Notes under the pieces: model-generated
The model's input: only the letters and a program-made list of their open reading frames with translations
What the model was told of the DNA's origin: nothing
The model's database searches: none
NCBI GenBank assembly: GCA_965218095.1
Contig: OZ244587.1
Coordinates: 4,512,001 to 4,576,000 of the forward strand
DNA from: Candidatus Poribacteria bacterium
GTDB lineage: Bacteria > Poribacteria > WGA-4E > PCPOR2b
Reading direction: 5' to 3'
DNA length: 64,000 nt
Program-made: the position numbers and the translations under genes
Part shown: piece after piece, positions 54,201 to 64,000 of the stretch
How the letters are laid out: each line of letters begins with the position of its first letter
How positions within the stretch are numbered: position 1 is the stretch's first letter

Positions 54201-57200
54201 AAACTTCGTTCCTCCAATCGCTGCCCGCTGATCATCGAAGGCAAACAGACGGACGATACCTCGTCCGGGGGTCACATCTTTCGGAATGGGAATGCGAATC
54301 GCCCCAAACTCGCCCTGCCAAACCTGAAGGTGTTCTTTTCGTCTCGGGTGATCGTTGGTCGGATTATCATCCAGATCGTTGGCAAAAAACACCAGCGCCG
54401 ACATCGCTCCCGTGCTGAAATCGGTTGCCTTATGAAACTCGATTTCTCCCGTAATCGGCGAAAATCGATGACGCCCAACGATGTTCGGTCGAATCACCAA
54501 TTCTTTGTTCGGATCGACCGCAATTTCCTCTAACTCAACTTGCATTCCTAAATCTGGCAAAGCGAGCCGCGTCGCTGGATCGCCGAAGAGGGTGTACTGC
54601 TCTGCGCCGGGAATCCACAGTTGCGGCGCTTTCATCATAAACTGTGTCTTCGCATCGGCGATAATTGCGCCGAGTGTCGGGGGCTTAACGGTGAAAATGG
54701 AGGTGAAGAGGTCCTTATCGAACTCCGCGTTGGCACTTCCAAAGGTCAAACGGGTTGCACTCAGTATGCCAATTGCACCACCCCTCTCCATCAGAAACTG
54801 TTCACTCAGGCTCCGCTGCTCAAACTGTAGCGGCTGATCAAATTGACCATTGAGGCAGGTCGTTGTGATAATAAACGGTAGGTGCCGGTTTCGCAAGCCC
54901 TCTGCATCCGCAATGCGGAAAATGCCCTCATCCGCCCACGTTTGCGTGCCGCCATGCCCCGAATATTCGAGGATGAGGACGCCATCATCGATTGTCGTAA
55001 GGATGGCTTGTTTCGTGCGCTCTGGACTCCCAATCCGCCGCAGGTACACTTTGCGGGTATCATAGCCGACAGGAATAAATTCTTCGATGAGTTGTTCGCG
55101 GCTGCGCTCAAAAATGTCGTCCGTTGGATTATCCACCTCGTTATCCGCAACCTGCATTAGCTGACCCTGCCATGGGCCGGTTTGTTGCTTTGCCTCATAA
55201 TCGATGATCTTTTTCACCATCGCATCCAACTCGTCCGGAAATTGTACCGGCAATCGCCCGATAAACATATCTGGCAGCGGGTCATCGCCGCTGACGGTGA
55301 CGAAACGATGGTCCATCGCGGTTTCCCCGCTCGCAGGCGCCCAGCCGTGAAACGTCGGAACATAGATTGGGTAGAGGTTATACCGCCTATCGAACTCTTG
55401 CTGATACAGCTTGACAGTCGCCCTCTTATAGTCATAGTGGGCGTCACCGACCAGCAGGACATACGTTGGCTTCGGGGCGCGCCAACTGGTGTAGGCGTAG
55501 CGTAAAAATTTCTGGATGGCGAGGGGATTGAAAATTCCATAATTGAACTGATCATACACCTCCTCAACGTCAACGACCATGAGTGACAAGCCTTGCGACC
55601 GCCGAAATGCAGCGAGCGGTTGGATGCTGTTAATAAAGTCTCTGTGAGAGATAATGATATAATCTGCCTGATTTGCAGGATTCCTGAGCATCGACGGTTT
55701 GATGGGGAGAATGTGTTGCACCTGACCATGTCGATCCCGTTCAACGACAAAATAGCTAAATTGTCCTATCACATTAGCCTCGAAGGTGATTTGGAATCTC
55801 CCCCCATTCCGTTCAATCCGCCCGTTAGTCAGCTTTGCGAATATGCTTCCGTCGCGGATCTGGTACACATCAACGTTGGGGCTATGAAGGTTTGTCACGC
55901 GGTACTGGACAGTCCCGGTCGATCTCGATTCGGTTTCCGAGTTAAATTCGAGTCTGCCTTCCAACGCTTCAAAGGTGTGCCAGTAGTCTATTTCAAACCA
56001 GTCCAGGTAAAAATCAGGTTTGCCTGGCGGTGTCCCGTTCTGATCTTCGGCGATAATCGTTAAAATATCAGTATCCTCGGGATGAATGAGTCGGTTTTGC
56101 TCGAATTCACGCTTAACCAACGGCGCGGCTTGTCTCCGCCACTCCGCAACACGTCCGAGTGGTGTCCCGTTGAACAGGATACGCGCCTGGTGTCTTGCAT
56201 TCCGCTCGCGTGACGCCCCTTGAAACTTCATGCGAATCTTAGCCTTCTGATTAATTTGTCCTCGTGGCACAGCACGCGGAAGCTGAATTGGGAAATCCTT
56301 CTTGCTGAATCGGCCATCAGCGCCCCCGGTTAGGCTTGTCCAAAAATAGTGATCTGCCAGTTCAAATTTCACGTCAAGCAGCCGGTCGTGCTTGCGATCT
56401 TGTTCAAAACGTTCAGTCTTCTTGAACGCAAAAGGAATCGGTGCATTCGGCGTTTTCGGTGCAGCGTTTTTGATGCGCACCCGTGAACCGCCGATGCCTC
56501 CCCAACTTAACCAATACACGTTATCGTCGGTAAACTTATCCCCGATCAGGGCTTGACCGAAAAACACAATCGAGTCGTCCCGATCGAACCTGCTGTCTGT
56601 ATCGCGGTCAAAGGCATAAGCCCCGACCCTCCGTCCACGATTCTCCATCTTGAGTGTCTCAAGGTCAATACGTGCCGGATTGGCGCCGGCTCGCCTGAGC
56701 TCGCTATAAGTGATTTTATAAACCCCTGTTCGGTCGATCAGGATTTTATATCGTTCTTCGGGTATGTGCTGCGCCGCGGGGGCGGCCGGTACATTTTGTG
56801 GATATCGCCGCCACGCCTTCGCCTGATTATAATTGAGCAGTTTTGCCTGAAACAGTTGCTCAAATGGATGCGATGTTACTATAAATGGAGGCGGGGCGGC
56901 GGAGGATGAAGACGGGGAATTGAGGTCGATTCGGATCAGCAGTTCGCGATAGATCTTGATTTGAGATCTGGCGGGGTTATACTGAATTGGCTGGATCTGG
57001 AGTCGCGCAACGCGCTGTTCGCGGATGAATCCGATCGGCACAACTCCGACAACATTGGCTGGCTGGAAATGATCGCGTCGATAAAAATCTGTGTCGATGG
57101 CAAACGTGGGTTGTTGATTGGCGAATGTCGGTCGCTGGGCGGGGATAATTCGTCCGGTTTGGCGGACTTCAATCCGGGAGTTAATGATGGTCGCATGGGG

Positions 57201-57737
57201 TGACGCGTCGATTGGAATCCCAATTAACTGCGCGAAAACAGGCTGGCTGGGGCGTCCAACCTCCATCGTGAGGGGCGCCCTCGTAAAAGTAATCTGCGTA
57301 AAGGCGTGTCCGTCGATTTCCTGTTGGCTGAACTGTAGCTTAGGCACCTCAAATTTGAGGATGAGGCTGTCGGTATTTACCTGAATGACTTGTAGGGGTG
57401 ATTTGGCTGCAATGGTGGATGACCATATTCCAGAAAGCCAGAAAACCGGAAGGACGTAAAACGTAAAACGTAAAACATAAAGCGTGAAACGTGCTGCGTA
57501 ACCCGTAGTGCGTAAATGAACCCATCGATAGCTCGGGGTATCCCCCGATAGATCAGGGCAGGTTGTGCTCGTTCGATTGTTTTGAATCCTTGATGCTTCA
57601 TCGGGATCTGATCGAACTTCGCTCCAACCTGAACACCCTGATAGCTTGGGATTTCCGTGCTTGTCCGATCTGATCGGACTTCGCTCCAACCTGAACGCCC
57701 GAAGGCTTTGTCTTTCTTTGCCTACTCGCTCACTCAT
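51261..57737 (-). CDS. Large C25 (gingipain/PorU-like) cysteine peptidase with T9SS-like/FlgD-Ig C-terminal domain
   Basis: C25 propeptide-like N-region, ADYIIISH, YVLLVGD, IGRLP, YSGHGG (His), TTCLNG (Cys), LFGDP, CTD NGVYFYK; start uncertain. Confidence 0.88.
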   Translation of the reverse strand: MSERVGKERQSLRAFRLERSPIRSDKHGNPKLSGCSGWSEVRSDPDEASRIQNNRTSTTCPDLSGDTPSYRWVHLRTTGYAARFTLYVLRFTFYVLPVFWLSGIWSSTIAAKSPLQVIQVNTDSLILKFEVPKLQFSQQEIDGHAFTQITFTRAPLTMEVGRPSQPVFAQLIGIPIDASPHATIINSRIEVRQTGRIIPAQRPTFANQQPTFAIDTDFYRRDHFQPANVVGVVPIGFIREQRVARLQIQPIQYNPARSQIKIYRELLIRIDLNSPSSSSAAPPPFIVTSHPFEQLFQAKLLNYNQAKAWRRYPQNVPAAPAAQHIPEERYKILIDRTGVYKITYSELRRAGANPARIDLETLKMENRGRRVGAYAFDRDTDSRFDRDDSIVFFGQALIGDKFTDDNVYWLSWGGIGGSRVRIKNAAPKTPNAPIPFAFKKTERFEQDRKHDRLLDVKFELADHYFWTSLTGGADGRFSKKDFPIQLPRAVPRGQINQKAKIRMKFQGASRERNARHQARILFNGTPLGRVAEWRRQAAPLVKREFEQNRLIHPEDTDILTIIAEDQNGTPPGKPDFYLDWFEIDYWHTFEALEGRLEFNSETESRSTGTVQYRVTNLHSPNVDVYQIRDGSIFAKLTNGRIERNGGRFQITFEANVIGQFSYFVVERDRHGQVQHILPIKPSMLRNPANQADYIIISHRDFINSIQPLAAFRRSQGLSLMVVDVEEVYDQFNYGIFNPLAIQKFLRYAYTSWRAPKPTYVLLVGDAHYDYKRATVKLYQQEFDRRYNLYPIYVPTFHGWAPASGETAMDHRFVTVSGDDPLPDMFIGRLPVQFPDELDAMVKKIIDYEAKQQTGPWQGQLMQVADNEVDNPTDDIFERSREQLIEEFIPVGYDTRKVYLRRIGSPERTKQAILTTIDDGVLILEYSGHGGTQTWADEGIFRIADAEGLRNRHLPFIITTTCLNGQFDQPLQFEQRSLSEQFLMERGGAIGILSATRLTFGSANAEFDKDLFTSIFTVKPPTLGAIIADAKTQFMMKAPQLWIPGAEQYTLFGDPATRLALPDLGMQVELEEIAVDPNKELVIRPNIVGRHRFSPITGEIEFHKATDFSTGAMSALVFFANDLDDNPTNDHPRRKEHLQVWQGEFGAIRIPIPKDVTPGRGIVRLFAFDDQRAAIGGTKFWTYQPAILEVREDMEHQGTNTLNLFALVVDNEGPAGIKAVEVVWSDTVEFKERTMSMIPDPAPPVPAANGGHWYKLQMPIPLPKSGATVRYQVVVTDRTNHIIKTDRKSLRVPEGANIAIASAAVLTPTIHYAFSSKKKAHTLTAQLINDGGREIDIEIEVWFSDGALDRNGDGQIDPEAKVLGRVLVRADAWKPSKTNLQEAMATLILTEPLSTGFHQIYVFADPESPDDDHEDGVVGRLDEPRSFDNKSFVSLVVNEFTLKANEELTAFSLDRVFDTMFPIGASSERTITLSVNAIEPPVSFQPDLRFGPLPRATALQSGNSFRGAYQIELHADIEQLVEPAALKLRFDFDALKDNLQKNLRLSPGAEGFNDALQREVESLAIYQWKEAISAWKRLPSESLRDHDGNLALERFVTPTQGGNTSVQKLPTSDVRVDPNLTPVGKWVLLFLDADRYEVSIQRKGKSEIEKLDRIGRVDVPFRDERLGVELDIPHLGETDEFGRNLIFEFGDVLAFETNLGPNGDVLLSASRGVNRGDGSAHVRLNIGEQDLFESGDWLIFFQDSQRFELRNGANELIRNTDETPVVGRVNQPLVLNEIGIEVLVTSGARPFEFGDKIKFSTAAVGVVSTKTKDLSTFALMQSTDQDSPKLQLWVDGKVPHVGTSNQDSRNGDGSIIPPRPKISLLLEDENGVDLDSFTLAVSKDEGTFETIKDFKVVSRGQVTAVPIRYKPTLFIGRYRFRISVKDLNGNPLGGEGGFREFRFFVEQQPDLEPPTIEIRINGEVLTDGEIIHEQPQFEILTADESGIDPARVQFAFSPTSHPLLPLPEDSYEFVFDVTQPMEAQITFEPDLPNDEYQLQILATDMSENTAETPISRFCLEEAVDIRDVLNVPNPVRTNTVFTYNLVQAPDWVMIKLYTVSGRLIRTIEDASARRGYNETFWDARDENGMRLANGVYFYKVIVETNEGKIEKIGRLAILR
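57605..57696. repeat. Two 30-bp direct repeats in the 5' region of the C25 gene
   Basis: gatctgatcgRacttcgctccaacctgaac at 57605-57634 and 57667-57696. Confidence 0.85.
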
Positions 57738-57780
57738 CCCATCCATCCTCCTTCGACAACACTCAGGAGTTCGTAGCCAT

Positions 57781-59178
57781 TTACGCTACGGTCAACTCAT
57801 CAGCGATTTCTTCAGCAGGGTAGCTCAACGCCTCGCCAAGGGTTGGGTGCGGATAGGGAATATTCAGGACATCAAAGACGGTGTCATTGTGATAGAGGTG
57901 TGGTAGGGCAATCTGCATAATATCGGTCGCGTGCGGACCGAGGATATGTAGCCCGATGATTTTCCCGGAGGGTCGCTCGGCAACCATCTTGATAAAACCA
58001 TCTATTTCCCCGATTGCCACGGCTTTGCCAATATCCTCCATTGGCGTTTTTACGGTTATCACGTCCAGCCCCCTCGCTTTTGCCTCCGCTTTAGTGAGAC
58101 CAACCGTGCCGATTTCGGGGTGAGAGAAAATGATGTTGGAGACTAAGTTGTAATTCATTTTTACGCCACGTTTCCCCGCCGCGTGCAAGCCAGCGATTTT
58201 TCCTTCCATCGTGGCGGCATAAACTAGCGCCGCTTTGCCGGTTACGTCCCCGACCGCATAGATATGTGGAATACTGGTCTGCATGTAGTCATTAACCTCG
58301 ATGGTGCCTTTTTTACCCAGACGCACGCCGGTTTTTTCCAAGCCTAACCCATCTATCGCAGGGGCGCGGCCGGTGGCTACCATGAGCTCCTCCGCACTGA
58401 CAACCTTTTCTTCACCCCCTTGTGCGAAGTGTACTTCCTTACCGTTCTTCGTACGTTTAAACGATTTCAGGCTCGTCTCGGTCAGAATATTCATCCCATC
58501 ATGCCGAAGCAGTTCCTGTAATTCAAAGCCGATGTCCGGGTCGAGGCGTCTTAAAATGCGCGCGCTACGGACTAAGATGGTGACTTCGACCCCCATCTTA
58601 TGAAAGAGATACCCTAACTCCATGGCGATATAGCCGCTTCCTATCACAATCAAAGAAGCGGGAAGTTCTTCCAGGTAGAGCGCCTCGTCGCTGGTGATGT
58701 ATCCCATCTCTTTCAACCCTGGCAAAGGCGGAACGTCAACCGCAGATCCGGTTGCGATAACGATTTTCTCTCCAGAGTAGAGGTCATTTCCAACCTGAAT
58801 TGTATGCAGGTCAGTGAAACTCGCACTGCCTTCGACGATATCCACCGATGCCTTGAGAATTGCCTCTCTGCGGGCGGCGAAGAAATCTTCTTCCACGAGG
58901 GTTCGGACACGCTTCTGAACGGTGAGCCAATTTACCTGTAGATCGCCTGAAGTGATACCAAAATTTGGACTTTCTTCAAAGACGCGCTTCACACTCGCAG
59001 AGGCGAGAAGCGTTTTAGACGGCATGCATCCCTCGTTCGTACATAGACTGTATCCGACGCGACGCTTTTCTACCAGGAGAATCTTCTTAAATCCTTCGGC
59101 TTTGGCAGCCATTGCCGCCGAAAATCCGCCACTGCCGCTGCCAATACAAATGAGGTCGTAGTGATGTATATTTGTCAT
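57781..59178 (-). CDS. Dihydrolipoamide dehydrogenase-like flavoprotein disulfide reductase
   Basis: GSGSGG, CTNEGCMPSK, ATGR, HPTLGE. Confidence 0.9.
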   Translation of the reverse strand: MTNIHHYDLICIGSGSGGFSAAMAAKAEGFKKILLVEKRRVGYSLCTNEGCMPSKTLLASASVKRVFEESPNFGITSGDLQVNWLTVQKRVRTLVEEDFFAARREAILKASVDIVEGSASFTDLHTIQVGNDLYSGEKIVIATGSAVDVPPLPGLKEMGYITSDEALYLEELPASLIVIGSGYIAMELGYLFHKMGVEVTILVRSARILRRLDPDIGFELQELLRHDGMNILTETSLKSFKRTKNGKEVHFAQGGEEKVVSAEELMVATGRAPAIDGLGLEKTGVRLGKKGTIEVNDYMQTSIPHIYAVGDVTGKAALVYAATMEGKIAGLHAAGKRGVKMNYNLVSNIIFSHPEIGTVGLTKAEAKARGLDVITVKTPMEDIGKAVAIGEIDGFIKMVAERPSGKIIGLHILGPHATDIMQIALPHLYHNDTVFDVLNIPYPHPTLGEALSYPAEEIADELTVA

Positions 59179-59303
59179 ATCAATCTCCCTTCTGAGTACA
59201 CTTTCGTCAGCTATAAATTGAGGTTTCATCATGACTCGATGTCAAGTTTGGAAGGAAAGGAAAGAGGGAAGGAAAGAAGGGAACAGAAGGCATTTCGTTG
59301 ATT

Positions 59304-59354
59304 TTCGGGACCAACTCCCGCGGCATCGCCCATTGTAATGCCGATTCGGCGTGG
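59304..59354 (-). pseudogene. PdxA N-terminal stub
   Basis: PRRIGITMGDAAGVGPE. Confidence 0.55.
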
Positions 59355-59451
59355 GATTGTTTCGATTGCAGGTTGTGGGGTGTTCCAATTGTGGGATAAA
59401 AATAAAATAGACCCCGATCTTTGATCGGGGTCTGGTCATCTACTCATCACG

Positions 59452-59706
59452 TTATGATTTGTCGATTCGCCGGTAGAGGGTTGAGGCTTTCCCTTTTGGA
59501 ACGGCGCCAGATGGAACTTCCAGCACTTCATACACAGACATGCCCTCGTCTCCGAAGTCGATGGATAACGTGTCACCAACAGCGAGTTCTTTGCCCGCTT
59601 TTGCCGGATGACCGTTGACCATGACCCGTCCACGACTACAGATCGAGCTAGCAACGGTACGGCGTTTAATGATGCGGCTCACTTGCAGGAATTTGTCCAG
59701 GCGCAT
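59452..59706 (-). CDS. S4-domain RNA-binding protein (YabO/RqcP/Hsp15-like)
   Basis: [19 protein letters not shown]. Confidence 0.9.
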   Translation of the reverse strand: MRLDKFLQVSRIIKRRTVASSICSRGRVMVNGHPAKAGKELAVGDTLSIDFGDEGMSVYEVLEVPSGAVPKGKASTLYRRIDKS

Positions 59707-62113
59707 CGGGTGTCCTCAAAGGCAGATCCAATACCTCAGTGACGGCATCGCTCTCAGGCGAATCGGGCATCTTCAAAGCGAGATCTAACACTTCGGTCAT
59801 GTCGTTAACTTTGTAAAAATGCAGAGAATGGCGGATTTCTTCAGGAATATCGGGGAGGTCTTTGTCGTTCTCCTCAGGGATGATAATGTTTTTGATGCTA
59901 TTGCGGTGCGCTGCTAATATCTTCTCCTTCAACCCCCCAATGGGTAGGACACGCCCACGTAAGGTGATTTCGCCAGTCATCGCGATATCCTTGCGAACCT
60001 TCGTACCCGTCATTGCAGAAATCATTGCTGTTGCGAGTGTGATTCCGGCCGACGGTCCTTCTACAGGAACAGCCCCCTCGGCAACATGAATATGGATATC
60101 GCGTTTATTAAACTCAAAATCAGGAGGCACATTCAGGGATTCAGCTCGCGAGCGGATATAGGCGAGCGCCGTCTGAACGGATTCACGCATGATCTCCTGA
60201 AGTTGGCCCGTCATTGTTAACTTGCCCTCCCCTGCCATTGTGGCGGCTTCAATTGCAACGATATCTCCACCAGCTTGCGAAATGGTCAGGCCCGTTGCAA
60301 CACCGACCTGATCTTGTTTTTCGGCTTTTCCCTGTGTAAATTTTGGGGGCCCCAGATATTCTGTCAGATCATTGACATCAACCTGGATTTCCTTGTCCTC
60401 CTCCCCGCTTTTCACAATCTCCTTAGCGACTTTGCGACAGATGCCGGTGATCTCGCGTTCCAGGTTTCGGACGCCCGCCTCGCGGGTATACTTTTGAATG
60501 ATTTCAAAAATTGTCTCGTCCGAGAATTGGAGGGATGCTTCCTTGAGACCGTGTGCTTTAATCTGTTTGGAAATCAAGAACAGGCTGGCAATTTTATGCT
60601 TTTCATACTCCGTGTATCCGGGAAGCTCGATGATCTCCATGCGATCTTCCAGGGCCGGTGAAATTGGAGCCCGTGTGTTCGCGGTTGTAATAAACATAAC
60701 TTCCGAGAGATCAAATTGTACATCCAGATAGTGATCACGGAAGGTATCATTTTGCTCTGGATCGAGGACTTCAAGCAGCGCAGACGCCGGATCGCCACGA
60801 AAGTCCATACTCATTTTGTCAATTTCATCTAAGAGGAAAAGGGGATTCTTCGATTTCGCGTCCCTCAACCCTTGAATAATCCGACCGGGCAAGGATCCGA
60901 TGTAGGTGCGGCGATGTCCACGGATCTCCGCCTCATCCCGGATGCCTCCCAGGGACATACGAATGAAGTTTCGACCGGTTGCCCTGGCAATCGACTTGCC
61001 TAATGACGTTTTCCCGACCCCGGGCGGGCCCACGAAACAGAGAATTGGTCCCTTGAGTTTTTTGACCAATTGCAGCACGGCGAGATATTCGAGAATTCGA
61101 TCTTTCGGCTTTTCCAAGCCATAGTGATCATCGTCGAGTATCTTCTCCGCTTCGCTCAGGTCGATTTTACTTTCTGTCCGTTTATTCCAAGGCAAAGCGA
61201 TGAGCCAGTCAATATATGTTCTGATGACACCCGATTCGGCAGACATCGGTGGCATCTGTTGAAGCCGGTCCAGCTCTTTCAAGGCTTTTTCTTCGGCTTC
61301 CTCGGTCATACCTGCCGCCTTAATCTGTTCACGTAGTTCGTCAATGTCAGCTTGATCATCTCCACGACCGAGTTCCTTCTGGATTGCCTTCATCTTTTCG
61401 TGGAGGTAGAACTCCCGATGCGTCTTCTCAACTGACTTCTGGACTTGAGTATTGACTTTTTCCTCCAACTTGAACAGATCCAACTCTTCCTTAAGCAACT
61501 CAATGACAACCTGAAGCCGCTTAATCGGGTTAATCTCGTCCAACACGCGCTGCAACCCATCTGAATCTATGCTAGTAGTGAAGCTGGCAATTGAATCAGC
61601 GAGATAGCCGGGCTCAACCTCTTTTCGGACCGCCATCAGGGCTTCACGTGGCGTTTGCTGATTTGCTTTGATATACTCTTCAAAAGCTGCAATCGCTGTT
61701 TTCATCAGCGACGTCGCTTGTTTTGATTGATCAGATTCCTCATGGACGATTTTGACTTCTGCTTTCAGAAAATCATCCGCCTCAAAACAGCGCAGCACGA
61801 TTGCACGGCCATATCCTTCAATCGCAAGTCGAATGCTTCCATCGCGTGGATCATAAGAATCCGCAATGCTTGTGGCTGTGCCAACACGATAGAAGCTATC
61901 AGGGTCCGGGTTTTCTTCCTCTTTGTCTTTTTGATTGAGCAACAGCACATCCTGATTTGCGTGCATGGCGTATTTTGTTGCCTGGACTCCCATCTTGCGA
62001 GTAACAATTAACGGAGTACTTGTACGGGGAAAGAAAACTTTCCCGGGGGTAGGAATAACCGGAAGTACAAAAACTTCATCAGCTTGGTGGTTTCTATTCG
62101 AATCTGCACTCAT
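59666..62113 (-). CDS. lon: Lon protease
   Basis: [29 protein letters not shown]. Confidence 0.97.
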   Translation of the reverse strand: MSADSNRNHQADEVFVLPVIPTPGKVFFPRTSTPLIVTRKMGVQATKYAMHANQDVLLLNQKDKEEENPDPDSFYRVGTATSIADSYDPRDGSIRLAIEGYGRAIVLRCFEADDFLKAEVKIVHEESDQSKQATSLMKTAIAAFEEYIKANQQTPREALMAVRKEVEPGYLADSIASFTTSIDSDGLQRVLDEINPIKRLQVVIELLKEELDLFKLEEKVNTQVQKSVEKTHREFYLHEKMKAIQKELGRGDDQADIDELREQIKAAGMTEEAEEKALKELDRLQQMPPMSAESGVIRTYIDWLIALPWNKRTESKIDLSEAEKILDDDHYGLEKPKDRILEYLAVLQLVKKLKGPILCFVGPPGVGKTSLGKSIARATGRNFIRMSLGGIRDEAEIRGHRRTYIGSLPGRIIQGLRDAKSKNPLFLLDEIDKMSMDFRGDPASALLEVLDPEQNDTFRDHYLDVQFDLSEVMFITTANTRAPISPALEDRMEIIELPGYTEYEKHKIASLFLISKQIKAHGLKEASLQFSDETIFEIIQKYTREAGVRNLEREITGICRKVAKEIVKSGEEDKEIQVDVNDLTEYLGPPKFTQGKAEKQDQVGVATGLTISQAGGDIVAIEAATMAGEGKLTMTGQLQEIMRESVQTALAYIRSRAESLNVPPDFEFNKRDIHIHVAEGAVPVEGPSAGITLATAMISAMTGTKVRKDIAMTGEITLRGRVLPIGGLKEKILAAHRNSIKNIIIPEENDKDLPDIPEEIRHSLHFYKVNDMTEVLDLALKMPDSPESDAVTEVLDLPLRTPDAPGQIPASEPHH

Positions 62114-62176
62114 AATCAACTCCTTAGAATAATGCAAACGAAATACGTACGAACTCATTGCGGGTAGTTTCTTGGC

Positions 62177-62249
62177 AGTCTAATAGAGCGCAGCGAAGAA
62201 TCTCCTCGTTAAGGTGCAAGAGATCCTTCACTCCGTTCAGGATGACAGA
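62177..62249. repeat. GCGAAGAATCT...AGATCCTTC palindromic intergenic repeat
   Basis: Related copies at ~19156-19226 and ~22016-22080. Confidence 0.6.
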
Positions 62250-62309
62250 AGAAGAGCGCGTTTTACTCGCTATAAGTTCTACTACATAATTTGCCCATTC
62301 GTCAATTTT

Positions 62310-63581
62310 TCAGGCGGTTAAGGCTTTGGGTTCATCTCCATAAACCAGGGTGGGAGGCTCATTTTTCAAGATAGAATCTGCCGTGATGATACATTCTTTG
62401 ACAACTTTGGAGGAAGATGGAATTTCATACATGATGTCTAGCATCAGGTTTTCCAGAATTGACCTTAACCCTCTTGCACCAGTTTCACGCTTAATGGCTT
62501 CCTGGGCGATGGAACTTAGTGCATCCTCCATGACCCGGAGATTGACTCTATCATAACGAAAAAGTTGAGTATACTGTTTGACCAGAGCATCTTTGGGACC
62601 GGTTAAAATCTGAATCAAAGCAGATTCATCAAGGTCATGGAGTATTGCAGTAACAGGTAGGCGTCCGACGAATTCTGGAATAAAGCCGTACTTAATCAAG
62701 TCCTTGGGGACAACCTGGGAAAGAATTTCGTGGATCTTTTTTTCGTCCTTCGCTTGAATTTGCGATCCAAACCCCATCCCTTGCTGTCCAACCCGCTGTT
62801 GTATAATCTTTTCAAGGCCGATAAAGGTGCCACCACATATAAATAAGATTTTTGAGGTGTCGACTTCAATAAATTCTTGATGGGGATGTTTCCGCCCCCC
62901 TTGTGGAGGCACGCTCGCTGTTTTCCCTTCCAGAATCTTCAATAACGCCTGCTGAACCCCTTCACCTGAAACATCCCTGGTGATCGAGGGATTTTCAGAT
63001 TTGCGGCTAATCTTGTCGATTTCGTCGATATAAATAATCCCCTTCTCCGCACGTTCCACATTGCCTTCTGCTGCTTGTACCAACTTCAGGATAATATTTT
63101 CAACGTCTTCGCCTACATATCCAGCTTCCGTGAGTGTCGTCGCGTCAGTGATTGCGAAGGGTACATCCAGAATGCGTGCTAAGGTCTGAGCCAGAAGAGT
63201 CTTACCTGTGCCTGTGGGGCCAATCAACAAGATATTACTTTTGTCTAACTCGACATCTGAATCCTTGCGAAATCGCAGTTTTTTGTAGTGATTATAGACT
63301 GCAACAGATAAGCTCTTTTTCGCTCCATCCTGACCGATTATATACTCATCAAGCTGGGCTTTAATCCCGGCAGGAAGCGGAAGGGGAAACAGATCTGAAA
63401 CCGCCGCAAATTTTTCCTCTGTTTCCGACTCATATAACTCAGCAAGGATGTCGTTGCATAACTCAACACACTCGTCACAGACGTAAACACCAGATCCAAT
63501 AGGGCTTGCAATGAGCTTACGGACATCCTCCTGGCCCTTATCGCAAAAGGAACACTGTTGATCGTCTATAATACCCGGCAT
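62310..63581 (-). CDS. clpX: ATP-dependent Clp protease ATPase ClpX
   Basis: CSFC zinc finger, [18 protein letters not shown] loop. Confidence 0.97.
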   Translation of the reverse strand: MPGIIDDQQCSFCDKGQEDVRKLIASPIGSGVYVCDECVELCNDILAELYESETEEKFAAVSDLFPLPLPAGIKAQLDEYIIGQDGAKKSLSVAVYNHYKKLRFRKDSDVELDKSNILLIGPTGTGKTLLAQTLARILDVPFAITDATTLTEAGYVGEDVENIILKLVQAAEGNVERAEKGIIYIDEIDKISRKSENPSITRDVSGEGVQQALLKILEGKTASVPPQGGRKHPHQEFIEVDTSKILFICGGTFIGLEKIIQQRVGQQGMGFGSQIQAKDEKKIHEILSQVVPKDLIKYGFIPEFVGRLPVTAILHDLDESALIQILTGPKDALVKQYTQLFRYDRVNLRVMEDALSSIAQEAIKRETGARGLRSILENLMLDIMYEIPSSSKVVKECIITADSILKNEPPTLVYGDEPKALTA

Positions 63582-63652
63582 GGAAGTCTCCAAATTTTTG
63601 TGAGTTTATACTTTCGTTAACGTACTTAGTGAACTGTTTGACGTGATACGCA

Positions 63653-64000
63653 TCACGCATCACGCATCACTTCTTTGGTAGACCGATGAGAAACAACTGA
63701 ATCAATGATACCATATTTACCATATTCAAGTGCTTCCTGAGCTGTCATGTAGAAATCACGATCAGCGTCCGCTTGAATCTTCTTCTGCGATTGTCCGGTA
63801 TGCTGGGCTAAAATGTTATATAACTCGCCCCGGATGCGAAGGATTTCCTGCGCATGGATACTGATATCGGAAGCCTGACCGCTAACACCACTAATAATGG
63901 GTTGGTGAATTAACACGGTAGAGTGAGGCAAAGCATGCCGCTTACCACGCTCACCACCCGCAAGCAAAATCGCCCCCATGCTGTAAGCTTGACCGACACA
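63653..64000 (-). CDS. clpP: ClpP protease (5' end outside window)
   Basis: [28 protein letters not shown]. Confidence 0.95.
   Translation of the reverse strand, partial: CVGQAYSMGAILLAGGERGKRHALPHSTVLIHQPIISGVSGQASDISIHAQEILRIRGELYNILAQHTGQSQKKIQADADRDFYMTAQEALEYGKYGIIDSVVSHRSTKEVMRDA

Noticed and set aside
57605-57696. Two 30-bp repeats with a 32-bp spacer (CRISPR-like geometry)
   Set aside because: Only two units, no cas genes, within an open frame among other repeats; not supportable as an array

Overview
Bacterial chromosomal window (~50% GC). It is probably from a Candidatus Poribacteria-like lineage, inferred only from a C-terminal SVEPANKLAATWGEIK motif and the gene repertoire. Housekeeping islands are an intein-containing rtcB (partial), an FMN-riboswitch-controlled ribD-ribE-ribBA-ribH operon, ileS, and clpP-clpX-lon plus an S4-domain gene. 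They sit in heavily eroded accessory DNA with many IS elements, MITEs, palindromic and heptamer repeats, nonsense pseudogenes and gene stubs. Highlights read from the sequence: (1) a complete ORF-less group IIB intron (2987-4393) with intact EBS/IBS pairing, a non-canonical ACC catalytic triad and an internal mini-gene cassette with three tandem Shine-Dalgarno motifs; (2) an Ile-rich leader-peptide attenuator upstream of a GVHH-type IleRS2; (3) a lipoprotein selenoprotein (UxxC peroxiredoxin-like domain plus SECIS-like hairpin) that the ORF track splits; (4) an R-M cluster and an MNT gene, each bracketed by direct repeats of a gene 3' end; (5) an IS5 copy whose -1 frameshift is hard-coded by a 16-bp duplication; (6) a ~2160-aa PorU-like C25 peptidase. 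Family assignments come from motif recognition, not database searches.
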